A DNA stretch of 64,000 nt. It comes from an uncultured Alphaproteobacteria bacterium (GTDB lineage Bacteria > Pseudomonadota > Alphaproteobacteria > UBA7887). The DNA lies in the NCBI GenBank assembly GCA_902562525.1, contig CACETT010000001.1, forward strand, positions 28,036-92,035, written 5' to 3'. Position numbers and translations under genes: made by a program. Positions within the stretch are counted from its first letter, which is position 1, and each line of letters starts with the position of its first letter. This document shows, in pieces, positions 1 through 11,433 of this stretch. The notes beneath the pieces were generated by a model that made no database searches, was not told the DNA's origin, and worked only from the letters and a program-made list of their open reading frames with translations.

Positions 1-504
1 AAACGATTGATAGGCTTGGATCCTGGATTGCGAAAAACAGGATGGGGCATAGTGGATTTCGACGGCATTGCAATCAGTTATGTCGGGTGTGGCATTATAT
101 CGCCACCGGTCAGTGCTGATATGTCTAGGCGGCTAGCCTTTCTGCATGAAAGTTTGCTGCGGGTATTAAAAAAATGGCAACCTGAATCCGCTGCTATAGA
201 AGAGACGTTTGTAAATAAGAATGCTGCGTCAACTTTAAAGCTGGGCCAGGCAAGAGGCGTTGTAATGTTGACCCCTGCACTAGTTGGTTTGGCAGTAGCA
301 GAATACCATAATAGAGTTGTAAAGCTCTCCGTTGTTGGTACGGGTCGTGCGGCGAAGCAACAAATCCACGTTATGGTTAAGCACCTTCTCCCAGGGGCGA
401 ATCCCGAGAGTGAGGATGAGGCAGACGCACTTGCTATAGCGATTTGTCATGCTCACCATAGTGGCTCGAACATAGAAGCTCTGGGCGCAGGGGCACACAA
501 ATGA
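1..504 (+). CDS. ruvC: Crossover junction endodeoxyribonuclease RuvC (5' end probably cut by the window edge, or TTG start at 7)
   Basis: Translation LIGLDPGLRKTGWGIV...DALAIAICHAH aligns with the RuvC N-terminal D-P-G catalytic region and C-terminal acidic motif. It is followed immediately by ruvA and ruvB. Confidence 0.9.
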   Translation, partial: KRLIGLDPGLRKTGWGIVDFDGIAISYVGCGIISPPVSADMSRRLAFLHESLLRVLKKWQPESAAIEETFVNKNAASTLKLGQARGVVMLTPALVGLAVAEYHNRVVKLSVVGTGRAAKQQIHVMVKHLLPGANPESEDEADALAIAICHAHHSGSNIEALGAGAHK

Positions 505-1109
505 TTGCTAAATTGCGGGGTACAGTTGACTCTGTTGGTGAGGATTGGCTCATTTTAGATGTTGGGGGAGTGGGGTATTTATTATTTTGTTCTGTAAGAA
601 CCATTGCCGCTTTGTCCAATCAAAACGAGATGGCTACTTTGTTTGTGAGCACCCACGTTCGAGAAGATCATATCCATCTTTATGGTTTTTCCGAGGAGGG
701 TGAGCGGGAGTGGTTTTTGCTATTGCAAACAGTTCAAGGTGTTGGCGCCAAAGTTGCTCTGGGAATCCTCTCGGCCTTGGAACTTCATGAATTGCATGGG
801 GCCGTTGCATCGGGGAACCATTCTCAATTTCGACGCGTCAGCGGTGTAGGGCCAAAAGTAGCAAACAGACTTGTTGTTGAGCTGGCAGATAAAGTTGAAG
901 GGCAGCGCTTCTCAACTGAGGCTTTGGCCACTAAATCCTCGAAGAGCGTGGCGGAGGGTTCTATGAAAGAGGCTATTTCAGCCCTGGTCAACTTGGGCTA
1001 CGGGCGGCCAGAAGCTCAAGCTGCAATCCTTGAGGCCTCACGAAGCGAGGATATCGCGGATGACTTGTCTTCTCTTATTCACGCTGGGCTCAGGGGGCTT
1101 GCGAGGTGA
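501..1109 (+). CDS. ruvA: Holliday junction DNA helicase RuvA
   Basis: 202 aa with the RuvA helix-hairpin-helix region (GVGPKVA) and domain III tail. ATGA overlap with the ruvC stop, in the ruvCAB operon. Confidence 0.9.
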   Translation: MIAKLRGTVDSVGEDWLILDVGGVGYLLFCSVRTIAALSNQNEMATLFVSTHVREDHIHLYGFSEEGEREWFLLLQTVQGVGAKVALGILSALELHELHGAVASGNHSQFRRVSGVGPKVANRLVVELADKVEGQRFSTEALATKSSKSVAEGSMKEAISALVNLGYGRPEAQAAILEASRSEDIADDLSSLIHAGLRGLAR

Positions 1110-2167
1110 GCGAAAAGAAGAACACTAGGGTAGTGAGTGGCTCCTCGCAGGCAGAGGAGGTTTTAGAGCAATCACAAAGACCTCAAAATTTTACTGAATT
1201 TATCGGCCAGCGAAACGTTTGTGAAAATCTTACAGTGTTTATAGAAGCTGCTCACCAGCGGTCGGCTGCCTTAGATCATGTTCTCTTGTCCGGTCCTCCA
1301 GGCCTAGGAAAAACCACTCTTGCTCAGATAGTGGCTAGGGGGTTGGGCGCTGGTTTTAGAATGACGTCGGGGCCGGTAATTGCAAAACCGGGTGATTTAG
1401 CTGCGGTGCTTACGAACTTGCAGCCACGAGAAGTCCTTTTCATCGACGAAATCCACCGCCTCAGTCCGCTAGTAGAAGAGATCCTCTATCCCGCCATGGA
1501 AGACTTCCAGCTGGACCTAATGATAGGCGAGGGACCAGCGGCTCGCTCGGTCCGGCTGACTCTGCAGCCTTTTACCTTAATTGGTGCCACAACCAGAGCG
1601 GGGCTTCTCACCACTCCTCTCCGGGACCGTTTCGGCATTCAATGCAGGCTAGACTTTTACACTGATGACGATTTAACGGCTATCGTCTGCAACTCTGCCG
1701 CCCGTTTAGGAATTCCGTTGACAGATTCTGGGGCTAGGGAGATTGGGAGACGGTCGCGGGGGACGCCACGTATTGCTGAACGATTGCTGCGGAGAGTGCG
1801 AGATGTGGCTCTTGTAGAAAAAGTTGGTGAAATAGATGTTCAGGCGACGGAGCGGGCGTTGGAGAGGCTTCGGGTTGATGGGGCTGGCTTGGACGAGATG
1901 GATAGGAGGTATCTGAAGACCATTGGAGAGAAGTTTGATAGTGGCCCCGTTGGAGTGGAGACCTTGGCGGCAGCTTTGTCAGAGGAGCGTGTTACCATCG
2001 AGGATATTATTGAGCCATATTTGATGCAGGAAGGTTACGTCCAGCGTACTCCCCGTGGCAGAGTAATTACTAGGGCGGGGTGTGAGTGTATAGGATTGAA
2101 GTATCAAAAGGGCCAGCGAGAGCGACAATCGCAATTGCCTCTCGAAGGTATATCTAATGGAGATTAG
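1106..2167 (+). CDS. ruvB: Holliday junction branch migration ATPase RuvB (GTG start)
   Basis: Walker [10 protein letters not shown], Walker [10 protein letters not shown], sensor and arginine-finger regions. Overlaps the ruvA stop. Confidence 0.95.
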   Translation: MSEKKNTRVVSGSSQAEEVLEQSQRPQNFTEFIGQRNVCENLTVFIEAAHQRSAALDHVLLSGPPGLGKTTLAQIVARGLGAGFRMTSGPVIAKPGDLAAVLTNLQPREVLFIDEIHRLSPLVEEILYPAMEDFQLDLMIGEGPAARSVRLTLQPFTLIGATTRAGLLTTPLRDRFGIQCRLDFYTDDDLTAIVCNSAARLGIPLTDSGAREIGRRSRGTPRIAERLLRRVRDVALVEKVGEIDVQATERALERLRVDGAGLDEMDRRYLKTIGEKFDSGPVGVETLAAALSEERVTIEDIIEPYLMQEGYVQRTPRGRVITRAGCECIGLKYQKGQRERQSQLPLEGISNGD

Positions 2168-2597
2168 AATGTCTGACGAGGCCGCTGCTTCAATTCATGT
2201 TTTTCCCGTACGTGTATACTATGAAGACACGGACGCAGCCGGGATTGTGTACCATGCCAGTTATCTGCGCTTTGCTGAACGGGCTCGCACTGAATTGCTT
2301 CGAGGTCTTAAGCTGAATCAGAAGCAACTGGCTATTAACGACGATTTGCATTTTGTAGTCAGGTCTTGCGAAATACAGTATTTGTCGACCGCTACATTAG
2401 ATGATGAGTTAGTGGTTGAAAGTCATATAAGCGTGGTTCGTGGAGCAAGTCTTAAGGCAAAACAAGTTATAAAGCGAGCGGCCAAGGACTTAGTGCGGTT
2501 AGATGTATTGGTAGCGTGTGTTAATGGGTTGGGTGCGCCGATGAGGTTGCCGCAACGGTTGCGGACTTCCCTCGCTGGTAACTTGCGCGATATGTAG
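2157..2597 (+). CDS. ybgC: Tol-Pal system-associated acyl-CoA thioesterase YbgC (4HBT fold)
   Basis: [25 protein letters not shown] hotdog-fold motif. Positioned directly upstream of tolQ. Confidence 0.8.
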   Translation: MEIRMSDEAAASIHVFPVRVYYEDTDAAGIVYHASYLRFAERARTELLRGLKLNQKQLAINDDLHFVVRSCEIQYLSTATLDDELVVESHISVVRGASLKAKQVIKRAAKDLVRLDVLVACVNGLGAPMRLPQRLRTSLAGNLRDM

Positions 2598-2610
2598 GGG
2601 AGCGAAGCAA

Positions 2611-3345
2611 ATGGCAACAGTAGATTCGGCGTCTTTGAAAGGCCCCAATTTGGCCGATGATTTATCCATTTGGGGCCTAGTCGCACAGGCTGATTTGGTT
2701 GTGCAGGCTGTTATGATTGTCTTGGCCGTTTCCTCAGTGTGGTGTTGGGCTATTATATTCGACAAGGTACGATATTTCCGCAGGCTGCGGCAGCAGGCCG
2801 AGGAATTCGAGGAACTTTTTTGGTCTGGGGGTTCGTTAGAAGAGCTTTATGATCGGATAGGTGACGCTCCTGGGCATCCTTTGGCTGCGCTGTTTGTTGC
2901 TGCTATGAAGGAGTGGACACATTCAGCTAAACGGGGGCTCAATCCCCAGGATGGAACAGCCCAGGCTAACCTTCAGCGAAGAGTTGATAGAGTGATAAAT
3001 GTTGCCCTGGCTAGAGAAATGGAGGCATTGGAAAAGTATATGGGGTTCCTGGCAACCGTAGGTTCTACAGCCCCATTCGTGGGCCTTTTTGGAACCGTTT
3101 GGGGAATAATGAATAGTTTCCAGGCGATCGCTTTTACCAATAATACGTCGCTAGCGGTGGTCGCCCCAGGGATAGCAGAAGCGCTTCTGGCCACGGCACT
3201 GGGGCTAGTCGCAGCCATTCCTGCTGTGGTGGCGTACAACAAGTTGTCTAATGATCTGGGAAGGTATGGGGGGAGACTCGAGACTTTTGCAGGAGAGTTT
3301 ACAGCACTACTTTCGAGGCAGTTAAGTGAGGGTCCCTTAAGGTGA
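2611..3345 (+). CDS. tolQ: Tol-Pal proton channel protein TolQ (MotA/TolQ/ExbB family)
   Basis: Three TM segments with the conserved C-terminal MotA/TolQ/ExbB region GIAEALLATALGLVAAIPAV. Synteny with tolR. Confidence 0.9.
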   Translation: MATVDSASLKGPNLADDLSIWGLVAQADLVVQAVMIVLAVSSVWCWAIIFDKVRYFRRLRQQAEEFEELFWSGGSLEELYDRIGDAPGHPLAALFVAAMKEWTHSAKRGLNPQDGTAQANLQRRVDRVINVALAREMEALEKYMGFLATVGSTAPFVGLFGTVWGIMNSFQAIAFTNNTSLAVVAPGIAEALLATALGLVAAIPAVVAYNKLSNDLGRYGGRLETFAGEFTALLSRQLSEGPLR

Positions 3346-3791
3346 AGACCTCTAGCTACACTTCTGGCAAGAGATTGCGGCAGAGATACCAGCCAATGGC
3401 AGAGATCAACGTCACCCCATTTGTTGATGTAATGCTTGTATTACTAGTAGTGTTTATGGTTACAGCTCCCCTTCTTACAATAGGCGTAAAGGTTGACCTT
3501 CCTCAGGCCGAGGCCGAGGTAATTCAGGGCAATGATGAGCCCCTTACGGTCTCGATAAACGATCTTGGGCAAATCTTCGTACAGGAAGCCCCGGTTGAGC
3601 CTTCCGAATTGGTGCCTCGGCTAAAAGCGATAACGGGGGAGAACGCTGATATAAGGATATTCGTACGTGGAGATGAGAAGGTTAGCTATGGCCTGGTAAT
3701 GGAGCTCATGAGTTCTATTAATGTCGCTGGGTTTAGCAAGGTTGCCCTTATCACTAAAATGCCTATGGCCCGGGGTAATGCGGGGAAATGA
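3342..3791 (+). CDS. tolR: Tol-Pal system protein TolR (ExbD/TolR family); likely true start at ATG 3396
   Basis: ExbD/TolR N-terminus MAEINVTPFVDVMLVLLVVFMV followed by a periplasmic domain. ATGA overlap with tolQ. Confidence 0.85.
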   Translation: MKTSSYTSGKRLRQRYQPMAEINVTPFVDVMLVLLVVFMVTAPLLTIGVKVDLPQAEAEVIQGNDEPLTVSINDLGQIFVQEAPVEPSELVPRLKAITGENADIRIFVRGDEKVSYGLVMELMSSINVAGFSKVALITKMPMARGNAGK

Positions 3792-4690
3792 TGCCGGGCT
3801 CACTAATGTTGTCGGGTGGCTGCCATTGTATAGCCGTGCTGGTCTTCTACTTTGGAATGCCGCATCTATGGTCGGACGAGCCAGTGCATGAAACTGTGGT
3901 GATAGTAGATTTAGTTGCAGTCGCCGAGGATCGCAATCTTCCTAAAATGGCACCGGTCCCAAAAGAAGAAAATGATGCCAGTCCGGATACTACAGAAGTT
4001 TCGCCTCCGCCTCCTCCTCCTGCCTCTTCCAGACCTGCTGAGGCTGTGTTGGCAGAAGGGGCCATCCCGGTTACTAGTCCGCCCCAAGCACCGGAGAGGC
4101 TTGAAAATTTCCGAGATGACCCGGTATTGGACCTTCCTAGAGATGTTATCCCACCCGAGGTCAAGCCCATAAAGCGCACGAGACCAGCTCCTCCCGTCAC
4201 GCCTCCCGAGAAAAGAACAAAGCCTGATCCATTTGCCTCGGTACTTAAAAGTGTCGAGGAGTTGGAAGAACATCAACCAAGCTTCCGGGATGATTTGGAG
4301 GAGGAACCTTTGGAGAGTCCATCGGATCCGATAGAAGAAATCTTAGCCGAGGCTGATAGTGAGTTTGTTGAAGCTGCTCCGTTGAGCATGACAGAACTGG
4401 ATAGTATTCGCCATCAAATTCAAAAGCACTGGAATCTTCCGGCGGGCGCACGCGATGCTCACAATATGAGAGTAACGCTCAACATCTCACTGGGCAGAGA
4501 CGGGACAGTGTTGGACGTAGCAATCGTTAATTTAGGTCAGGCAAAAACAGATACGTTTTTTCGGGCTATGGCTGAGAGCGCGGTGAGGGCAGTGTGGAAA
4601 ACCGAAAAGATTAGATATTTATCTCCAGAGAAGTACCATCTATGGCGCGATATGAAACTTAACTTCGATCCTAGTGATATGTTTGGATGA
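3788..4690 (+). CDS. tolA: Tol-Pal system protein TolA (proline-rich domain II, C-terminal TolA domain)
   Basis: N-terminal TM helix, a Pro/Glu/Ala-rich low-complexity middle (SPPPPPPASS...), and a C-terminal conserved domain. Sits between tolR and tolB with ATGA overlaps at both ends. Confidence 0.75.
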   Translation: MMPGSLMLSGGCHCIAVLVFYFGMPHLWSDEPVHETVVIVDLVAVAEDRNLPKMAPVPKEENDASPDTTEVSPPPPPPASSRPAEAVLAEGAIPVTSPPQAPERLENFRDDPVLDLPRDVIPPEVKPIKRTRPAPPVTPPEKRTKPDPFASVLKSVEELEEHQPSFRDDLEEEPLESPSDPIEEILAEADSEFVEAAPLSMTELDSIRHQIQKHWNLPAGARDAHNMRVTLNISLGRDGTVLDVAIVNLGQAKTDTFFRAMAESAVRAVWKTEKIRYLSPEKYHLWRDMKLNFDPSDMFG

Positions 4691-6060
4691 GTTTCGCAAA
4701 AAGGAATGTACCAATCATGAATCAAAAAGTCCTCTTGTTAGTGGGTGTTGCAGCATTAGCTTACATGGGTTTGTTCAGAATCACTGGGTCGGAAGTTAGG
4801 TCGGAAACAGAGATTGATATTACTCGGGGGACGGTAGAGCCATCACCAATAGCGGTTACAAATTTTCATGCGAATGACCCTAGTGCATTAGTTTTAGGGG
4901 CGGAAATTTCGACGGTAATAGCGGCCAACCTTGAGAGTTCGGGTCTTTTCCGTCCAATTGATCAAGGCGCCTTTCAGCAAAAACCTGAGGAGCTTCAGCA
5001 AATTCCAAGGTTCGTGGATTGGAGGCAAATTAATGCCGAATTTCTTGTTTCCGGCATGGTTGAGGTTGGGCCAGATAATTTAGTAAGTGTGGAGTTCCGT
5101 TTATGGAATGTAGTATCCGAACAATACATGGTGGGTAAGCGCCTAAAAACACCGAAGGCAAACTGGCGCAGGGTGGCTCATCTTATTTCCGACGAATTGT
5201 ATACTAGGGTAACTGGAGAGGGAGGTTATTTCGATACTCGGATTGTTTATGTCGCAGAGTCTGGTCCCCCCGACAACCGGGTGAAGCAGCTTGCTCTTAT
5301 GGATCAAGATGGTGAAAACCATCGATATCTGACTGATGGTAGGCATATGGCGCTTACTCCAAGGTTTTCGCCTACCTTGCAGGAAATAACCTATCTCTCT
5401 TACTTCAATGATAAGCCACGAGTCTACATCTACAACATTGATACCGGCAAGCAAGAGGTGCTTGGTGATTTTCCAGGAATGACATTTGCACCGCGTTTTT
5501 CCCCTGATGGGAACCAGGTCATTATGTCTATGGCTAGGTACGGTAACTCTGATATTTATGTTATGGATCTTCATACTAGGGTTGTGGAGAAACTGACAGA
5601 TCACCCGGCAATAGAGACAGCACCCTCATTTTCTCCGGATGGCCAGCAGGTTACATTTGAGTCGGATAGGTCAGGCAAGCAGCAAATTTATGTTATGGAG
5701 GCGGTGCCGGGAGCCGAGCCCAAACGCATTACCTATGGCAGTGGTAAATATGCCACTCCAGTTTGGTCGCCCAGGGGCGATTGGATCGCATTCACCAATA
5801 TTTACAGGGGTGTATTTTATATAGGCGTAATGCGGCCTGATGGAACCGGTGAACGCAAGTTGGCCAAAGGTTTCCTGGTAGAGGGCCCTACGTGGGCGCC
5901 CAACGGTCGACTATTGATGTTTTATCAGCAAGAGCGCCCAACGGGACAGGGTTCAGGCGATGTTGGTCTCTACAGTGTAGATATTTTGGGAACAAATCTG
6001 AGAAAAGTAATGACCCCAATGAATGCTTCAGATCCAGCATGGTCACCCTTGATTCCCTAG
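4687..6060 (+). CDS. tolB: Tol-Pal system beta-propeller protein TolB (probable start ATG 4717)
   Basis: Signal peptide, TolB N-terminal domain, and repeated beta-propeller blades (FSPDG, WSPRGDWIAF...). Confidence 0.9.
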   Translation: MSFAKRNVPIMNQKVLLLVGVAALAYMGLFRITGSEVRSETEIDITRGTVEPSPIAVTNFHANDPSALVLGAEISTVIAANLESSGLFRPIDQGAFQQKPEELQQIPRFVDWRQINAEFLVSGMVEVGPDNLVSVEFRLWNVVSEQYMVGKRLKTPKANWRRVAHLISDELYTRVTGEGGYFDTRIVYVAESGPPDNRVKQLALMDQDGENHRYLTDGRHMALTPRFSPTLQEITYLSYFNDKPRVYIYNIDTGKQEVLGDFPGMTFAPRFSPDGNQVIMSMARYGNSDIYVMDLHTRVVEKLTDHPAIETAPSFSPDGQQVTFESDRSGKQQIYVMEAVPGAEPKRITYGSGKYATPVWSPRGDWIAFTNIYRGVFYIGVMRPDGTGERKLAKGFLVEGPTWAPNGRLLMFYQQERPTGQGSGDVGLYSVDILGTNLRKVMTPMNASDPAWSPLIP

Positions 6061-6203
6061 GTTTTTCAAACTAGTATAACTGGGCTGGTAATTTGAATGG
6101 CCACGAAGTTGGTTTGCTGGCAAGAGGGGCTGGATTGGCCTAGGAAGAGTGTTTTGCGGTCTAGCGGAAGTTTTGGGGAAGACAGCGATGGAGGTCGGAC
6201 TAA

Positions 6204-6764
6204 ATGCAGTCTAAATTGCTAACCTTAGTTGGGATTCTGCTGATTGTTGCCGGTTGTGAAACTGCCATAGAAGAGACTATTGAGAGCGGCGGTGAAGGGG
6301 CGGCAAGTACGGTGGCAGGTACGGATGTTGTTGGTGCTGATACCAGGAGCAGCATAGTTGAGTCGGGGAATGTGGGCACCGCAGAGGTGGCTGCCGTGGA
6401 CCCAGTCATGTCGTTTCAAGAGAAACTCGTCCAGCAAGCTGGAGACCGGGTGTTTTTTGACTTTGATAAGGCTGTGGTGCGATCCGATGGTGAAGAAACC
6501 CTGAGAATGCAGGCGACGTTTCTTAAGCACAATCCCGGGTTAACTATGACCATCGCGGGTCACTGTGACGAAAGGGGCACGCGGGAGTATAATTTGGCGC
6601 TAGGAGAGCGTCGAGCTAACGCGGCAAGAAACTACCTTATATCCCTAGGAATATCGCCGGGGCGATTGTCAACGATTTCCTATGGGAAAGAGCGGCCAAT
6701 TGTTCTAGGGCATAATGAGGCGGCCTGGGCACAAAATCGCGTAGGTGTTTCACAGGTGGATTAG
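6204..6764 (+). CDS. pal: Peptidoglycan-associated lipoprotein Pal (OmpA family)
   Basis: Lipobox LLIVAGC and the OmpA-like domain motif NLALGERRANAARNYL. Confidence 0.9.
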   Translation: MQSKLLTLVGILLIVAGCETAIEETIESGGEGAASTVAGTDVVGADTRSSIVESGNVGTAEVAAVDPVMSFQEKLVQQAGDRVFFDFDKAVVRSDGEETLRMQATFLKHNPGLTMTIAGHCDERGTREYNLALGERRANAARNYLISLGISPGRLSTISYGKERPIVLGHNEAAWAQNRVGVSQVD

Positions 6765-6927
6765 GGGGTCATGCTTGGGTCCGCCTGTTGTAGGAAAATC
6801 TAATGGCTAGGTTTTGCGAGGTAGTGTGGGGGACAGACTTTTTCTGGGCCTAGGGACCTAGTGGGATAGATACTTCGGTGTCGCGCTTATTTTTGCCATA
6901 ATTTTTGTGTACGCAGCACCTTGCTAA

Positions 6928-8049
6928 TTGGGCAGGAGTGAATGGGTGGGTACGGTGCAGGATATCAAGGTAATTTTGGCTCATGGTTCATCCCGTTGGG
7001 TACAGTTCCAAAGCCCTTGGAGTAGAGGCGTAATTCATGCTACCCGATTAGGGGTTCTGGGAATCGCTATGTTTTGTTGCCTTGGAATTATTGGTAGCAG
7101 CGGGGCCATCGCGCAACAAAACGATGATTTGGAGTTTCTTATTGCCCAAATCAGTCGTCTTTCAAAGGACGTTGCGGGTATTCAGCAACGTCTGGCTAAC
7201 GGAAATACAGTTGCTGGGGGTACTGTTGGAGGGTGGTCGCCGGTAAACCATGAAACCCGCCTTAGCGAATTAGAGGAGCAAATTAGAGCCTTAACAGGTC
7301 AGATCGAGGAGGCGGGTCACGGTGTTACACAAACTATTGAGGCATTAAATTCTTTGACTGAAGATTTGCACGCTCGACTGCAAACAATGGAGGAAAGGCT
7401 GTCCTCGGTTCGACAGGCCGGGATGGCTCAGGAGTCGAAGCCTTCCGCAGTTAGGACACCAGGTTTGGCAGATGAGGAGGTTGCTGCAATTGGTGACCCT
7501 TTGGCCCCCGCTGTCGTGGAAACAGACCCTAATATGGAAGTGTATGAATCTATGGAGGTCCTTGGAGAAATCACCTCTGGAGAAATTATTGTAGACCCAT
7601 TAAGTGGAGAGCTTGATTCTCTCGCAAGAGAATCCCATTCAGAAATAGTCGAGGAAAAGTTGACTGCTGAAGAATCCTATGAGGCAGCGTACGGCCTTCT
7701 TTTAAAGAAACGCGATTATGTGAGCGCAGAGAAAGCATTGAAAAGCTTTATCGAAGAATATCCAGAACATAGCTTGGCCGGGAATGCATATTATTGGTTA
7801 GGTGAGACTTTCTATGTGCGCAATAATTATGTGGGCGCCGCTAAGGCCTTCGCGAATGGCTATGACAAATTTCCAGAGGGGGCTAAGGCCCCAGATAATC
7901 TTTTAAAGCTCGGCCTTTCTTTGAAGGCTATGGGCAAAAAGGATGATGCATGCACCATTTTTGGAAAATTGACCAACAATTATCCCGACGCTCCGGCTGT
8001 TATTGTTACTCGGCTTAAACAGGAATGGGCTGAGGCGGCCTGTTCTTAA
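6928..8049 (+). CDS. cpoB: Tol-Pal system protein CpoB/YbgF (coiled coil plus TPR); true start probably ATG 7069
   Basis: A signal-like hydrophobic segment from 7069, a long coiled coil, and C-terminal TPR repeats (AYYWLGETFYVRNNYVGAAKAF). Positioned after pal. Confidence 0.75.
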   Translation: MGRSEWVGTVQDIKVILAHGSSRWVQFQSPWSRGVIHATRLGVLGIAMFCCLGIIGSSGAIAQQNDDLEFLIAQISRLSKDVAGIQQRLANGNTVAGGTVGGWSPVNHETRLSELEEQIRALTGQIEEAGHGVTQTIEALNSLTEDLHARLQTMEERLSSVRQAGMAQESKPSAVRTPGLADEEVAAIGDPLAPAVVETDPNMEVYESMEVLGEITSGEIIVDPLSGELDSLARESHSEIVEEKLTAEESYEAAYGLLLKKRDYVSAEKALKSFIEEYPEHSLAGNAYYWLGETFYVRNNYVGAAKAFANGYDKFPEGAKAPDNLLKLGLSLKAMGKKDDACTIFGKLTNNYPDAPAVIVTRLKQEWAEAACS

Positions 8050-9442
8050 AACAGGAAGAAGGTGCTGTATTCCTAGCGCTTTACCACTGACAGCCGCGGA
8101 ATTTTCGGATCTGATGTTAGCAGTGCGTCCTTTTGAGGCTCGGCCGACCGTAGCAGTTGGTGTGTCGGGCGGATCGGACAGCCTTTGCCTAGCAATGCTT
8201 CTTAAGGCATGGGCGAGAGACGTGGATGGTACGGTGATAGGATTGATTGTCGACCATCGGCTTAGGCCAGAGTCCGCATCCGAGGCGGCTCAAGTGAGGG
8301 GTTGGCTGGCCAACCATGGGGTCGAGGCTTGCACATTAGTTTGGCAAAGTGAGCCTGTGAGAGGCGGACAGCAGGCCAGAGCAAGAACCGCTAGATATAA
8401 TCTTTTGATAGATTGGTGCAGAACTGCGCATGTCTTGCACCTGGCGTTGGGTCATCATAGGGATGATCAGGCGGAAACCCTATTAATGAGGAAAGAAAGA
8501 TCAAGCGGCAAATATGGCTTGGCAGCTATGCCAGCAATTCGAGAGCAGGGATCGGTTCGGCTTATAAGACCATTTTTGGGAATTTCTGCTTCAAGGCTTC
8601 AGGCTACCTTGCGAGGTATGGATCAGGCGTGGGTCTGTGATCCATCTAACCATAACCCCAAATACACCCGATCCCGGATTAGGAAGTCTTTACTAAGCGA
8701 GGCTACAGATCTCCGGACAAGGAGGTTGTCTAGATCGGCGAGGATGTACGCGAAGGCTCGCAGCGAGATAGAGCAAAAAGTTTCGAGGCTTCTGGCTAGG
8801 TCTACACAGATCCACTCAGAGGGATACGGTGTGGTAGATATTGAAAAAATAATGTCCCAACCTCAGGAGTTGGCCTTTAGGGCATTATCCAACATCATCT
8901 GGTCACTGGGTGGTGGCCTTTATGCTCCAGGAGAAACCAGCATAGCCAGGCTGGTCGATAGGTTGAAGCAGCAGCGGGTCCTGTCGGGCTACACCCTGGG
9001 CGGCTGTTTTCTCCGGTCTTTGCGAGATAGGCTTTTTGTTTGCAGGGAACCAATTGCCGCTGGAACATCGTTGGATATTAGAAGAGGCGTCAAGGTGCTG
9101 TGGGACTCGAGGTTCCTTGTTGAACTTAAGGGCGAGCCAACCGACGCAACTATAGAGTATAAAGTCAGGGCGCTCTCTAAGGACGGCTGGCAAATTTATC
9201 GAAACCATATTTCATCCAAGAAGGCTTCTCGTTTTGTGATTCCCTTTTTTGCTGCATATGCCCTTCCATCTCTTTGGTCTCTTGACGGTTTGGTTTCGGT
9301 GCCCCATTTAGACTATGTGGACCATGGCAATAACGATGGCCGGGCGGTTAGTTTTCACGCGTATTATAGGCCGAGGCGGCCTTTGGCGGGTCCTTTATTT
9401 CGGGGTATCGGTTGTCATGAGGTCTCCAAAACCATTGAGTGA
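8003..9442 (+). CDS. tilS: tRNA(Ile)-lysidine synthetase TilS (start probably internal, near 8114)
   Basis: PP-loop motif [13 protein letters not shown] of the N-type ATP pyrophosphatase family. Synteny with ftsH downstream. Confidence 0.85.
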   Translation: MLLGLNRNGLRRPVLKTGRRCCIPSALPLTAAEFSDLMLAVRPFEARPTVAVGVSGGSDSLCLAMLLKAWARDVDGTVIGLIVDHRLRPESASEAAQVRGWLANHGVEACTLVWQSEPVRGGQQARARTARYNLLIDWCRTAHVLHLALGHHRDDQAETLLMRKERSSGKYGLAAMPAIREQGSVRLIRPFLGISASRLQATLRGMDQAWVCDPSNHNPKYTRSRIRKSLLSEATDLRTRRLSRSARMYAKARSEIEQKVSRLLARSTQIHSEGYGVVDIEKIMSQPQELAFRALSNIIWSLGGGLYAPGETSIARLVDRLKQQRVLSGYTLGGCFLRSLRDRLFVCREPIAAGTSLDIRRGVKVLWDSRFLVELKGEPTDATIEYKVRALSKDGWQIYRNHISSKKASRFVIPFFAAYALPSLWSLDGLVSVPHLDYVDHGNNDGRAVSFHAYYRPRRPLAGPLFRGIGCHEVSKTIE

Positions 9443-11433
9443 CGTTTGCTGCCCAACGGTGGTATATTGCCGGGGTCTACCCGCAGGAACGGAGATTATT
9501 TGAAGTGAATAACATTGGTCGGAATCTAGCCCTTTGGGTCATTATCGCCCTATTGCTTTTAACATTATTCAATGTGTTTAAGGGGCAATCTCCCCAGAAC
9601 ACAGTCGCCCCATTGGCCTTTTCTGAATTTTTAGATCTGGTTGAAAAAGGGCAGGTAAGGGATGTCACTATAGAGGGAAACGAGATTTCAGGACACTTTG
9701 GCAATACTGGTCAGAGCTTTTCAACATACTCTCCGAATGACCCAAACTTGGTTGAAACTTTGCGAGCTCACGGAGTTCTGATTAATGCGAAGCCTTCAAC
9801 CGAAAATCGGCATTCGCCCTTGTACGGGGCATTATTAAATTGGTTGCCAATGCTATTGATAATTGGTGTCTGGATATTTTTCATGCGGCAAATGCAAGGA
9901 GGGGGCGGAAAGGCACTAGGCTTTGGGAAATCGAGGGCTCGGATGCTGACCGAAAAACAAGGGCGGGTCACTTTTGGCGATGTTGCTGGAATAGATGAGG
10001 CGAAGGAAGAACTACAGGAGATCGTCGAATTTTTGAAGGATCCGCAAAAGTTTCAGAGGCTGGGCGGCCGTATACCGAAGGGGGCGCTGCTGGTGGGTCC
10101 TCCAGGGACAGGAAAGACTTTACTAGCAAGGGCGATCGCGGGTGAGGCAAATGTTCCTTTCTTTACAATCTCAGGTTCTGACTTTGTTGAGATGTTCGTG
10201 GGGGTTGGCGCTAGTCGGGTGCGGGATATGTTTGAACAAGGCAAAAAAAACGCGCCCTGTATTATTTTTATCGATGAGATTGATGCGGTTGGTAGGCATA
10301 GAGGAGCTGGACTAGGTGGGGGGAATGATGAACGCGAACAAACTTTGAACCAATTGTTGGTTGAGATGGATGGTTTTGAATCCACTGAAGGAGTTATCTT
10401 GATAGCGGCGACCAATAGGCCGGATGTTCTCGACCCAGCTTTGCTACGTCCAGGCAGGTTTGATCGGCAGGTGGTGGTGCCTAACCCAGATATTTTGGGG
10501 CGCGATAAAATTTTGAAGGTCCATATGAAAAAAGTTCCGCTAGCACCTGGGGTGGATTCAAGGGTTATAGCGCGAGGAACTCCTGGATTTTCTGGTGCGG
10601 ATTTGGCCAATTTGGTTAATGAAGCCGCCCTTTTGGCTGCTCGGATTGGCCGCCGAAAGGTTACTATGGAGGAATTTGAAGCGGCTAAGGACAAGGTGAT
10701 GATGGGCGCCGAGCGCCGGTCGGCGGTCATGTCGGAGGAGGAGAAGAAAATCACCGCTTATCATGAGGCCGGGCATGCGTTGGTGGGGATTAGGATGCCG
10801 GGACATGATCCATTGCATAAAGTAACAATAATTCCCAGAGGTAGAGCGTTAGGGGTAACTATGTCATTGCCGGAACGCGACCGATATAGCCATAATAAGC
10901 AGGAGATTAAGTCGAAATTGGCGAGTATGTATGGTGGCCGAATCGCTGAAGAATTGATTTTTGGTGTTGATAAGATAACTACCGGGGCAGCAAACGATAT
11001 ACAGCAGGCTACAGGCCTGGCTCGTAAAATGGTTACAGAGTGGGGGATGAGTGAGAAATTAGGTCCTCTGCGTTATGATGCGAACGATGAAGAAGTTTTC
11101 CTGGGGCACTCCGTGACTCAGCACAAGAATATCTCGGACGCTACGGCAGGTTTGATTGATCAGGAAATAAGGGCCCTGATTGATGATGCGGAAACCAACG
11201 CAAGGAAGATACTTTCAGATGAATTAGATAAACTTCATGCTGTTGCAGAGGCGTTGTTGGAGTATGAAACTTTGGCTGGGCCCGAGGTGGAAGGTTTGCT
11301 CAACGGGGTCGAAATTGTCAGATCTTCTGAGCCCGACGATACCGAGGGCGATGCGGGGAAAACTTCATCAGTGCCTTCCACCGGGGTTTCAGGCGAGAGT
11401 GATTTAAGCCCCAATATTCCTCCGGGTGGCTAA
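9439..11433 (+). CDS. ftsH: ATP-dependent zinc metalloprotease FtsH (alternative GTG start at 9505)
   Basis: Two N-terminal TM segments, AAA+ Walker A GPPGTGKT and Walker [10 protein letters not shown], the second region of homology, and the zinc-binding HEAGHA motif. Confidence 0.95.
   Translation: MTFAAQRWYIAGVYPQERRLFEVNNIGRNLALWVIIALLLLTLFNVFKGQSPQNTVAPLAFSEFLDLVEKGQVRDVTIEGNEISGHFGNTGQSFSTYSPNDPNLVETLRAHGVLINAKPSTENRHSPLYGALLNWLPMLLIIGVWIFFMRQMQGGGGKALGFGKSRARMLTEKQGRVTFGDVAGIDEAKEELQEIVEFLKDPQKFQRLGGRIPKGALLVGPPGTGKTLLARAIAGEANVPFFTISGSDFVEMFVGVGASRVRDMFEQGKKNAPCIIFIDEIDAVGRHRGAGLGGGNDEREQTLNQLLVEMDGFESTEGVILIAATNRPDVLDPALLRPGRFDRQVVVPNPDILGRDKILKVHMKKVPLAPGVDSRVIARGTPGFSGADLANLVNEAALLAARIGRRKVTMEEFEAAKDKVMMGAERRSAVMSEEEKKITAYHEAGHALVGIRMPGHDPLHKVTIIPRGRALGVTMSLPERDRYSHNKQEIKSKLASMYGGRIAEELIFGVDKITTGAANDIQQATGLARKMVTEWGMSEKLGPLRYDANDEEVFLGHSVTQHKNISDATAGLIDQEIRALIDDAETNARKILSDELDKLHAVAEALLEYETLAGPEVEGLLNGVEIVRSSEPDDTEGDAGKTSSVPSTGVSGESDLSPNIPPGG

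Noticed and set aside
3847-4276. Three overlapping ORFs (117, 121 and 85 aa) in both orientations within tolA
   Set aside because: They are artefacts of the proline/GC-rich low-complexity domain II of TolA. Their translations are homopolymeric Gly/Arg/Pro strings.
10053-10754. 233-aa minus-strand ORF, plus others at 9968-10150, 10558-10818 and 9768-9971
   Set aside because: It lies fully antisense within the highly conserved ftsH coding region. It is Ala/Ser/Pro/Arg-rich as expected from a reverse-frame translation of a GC-balanced gene, and it has no RBS or homology.
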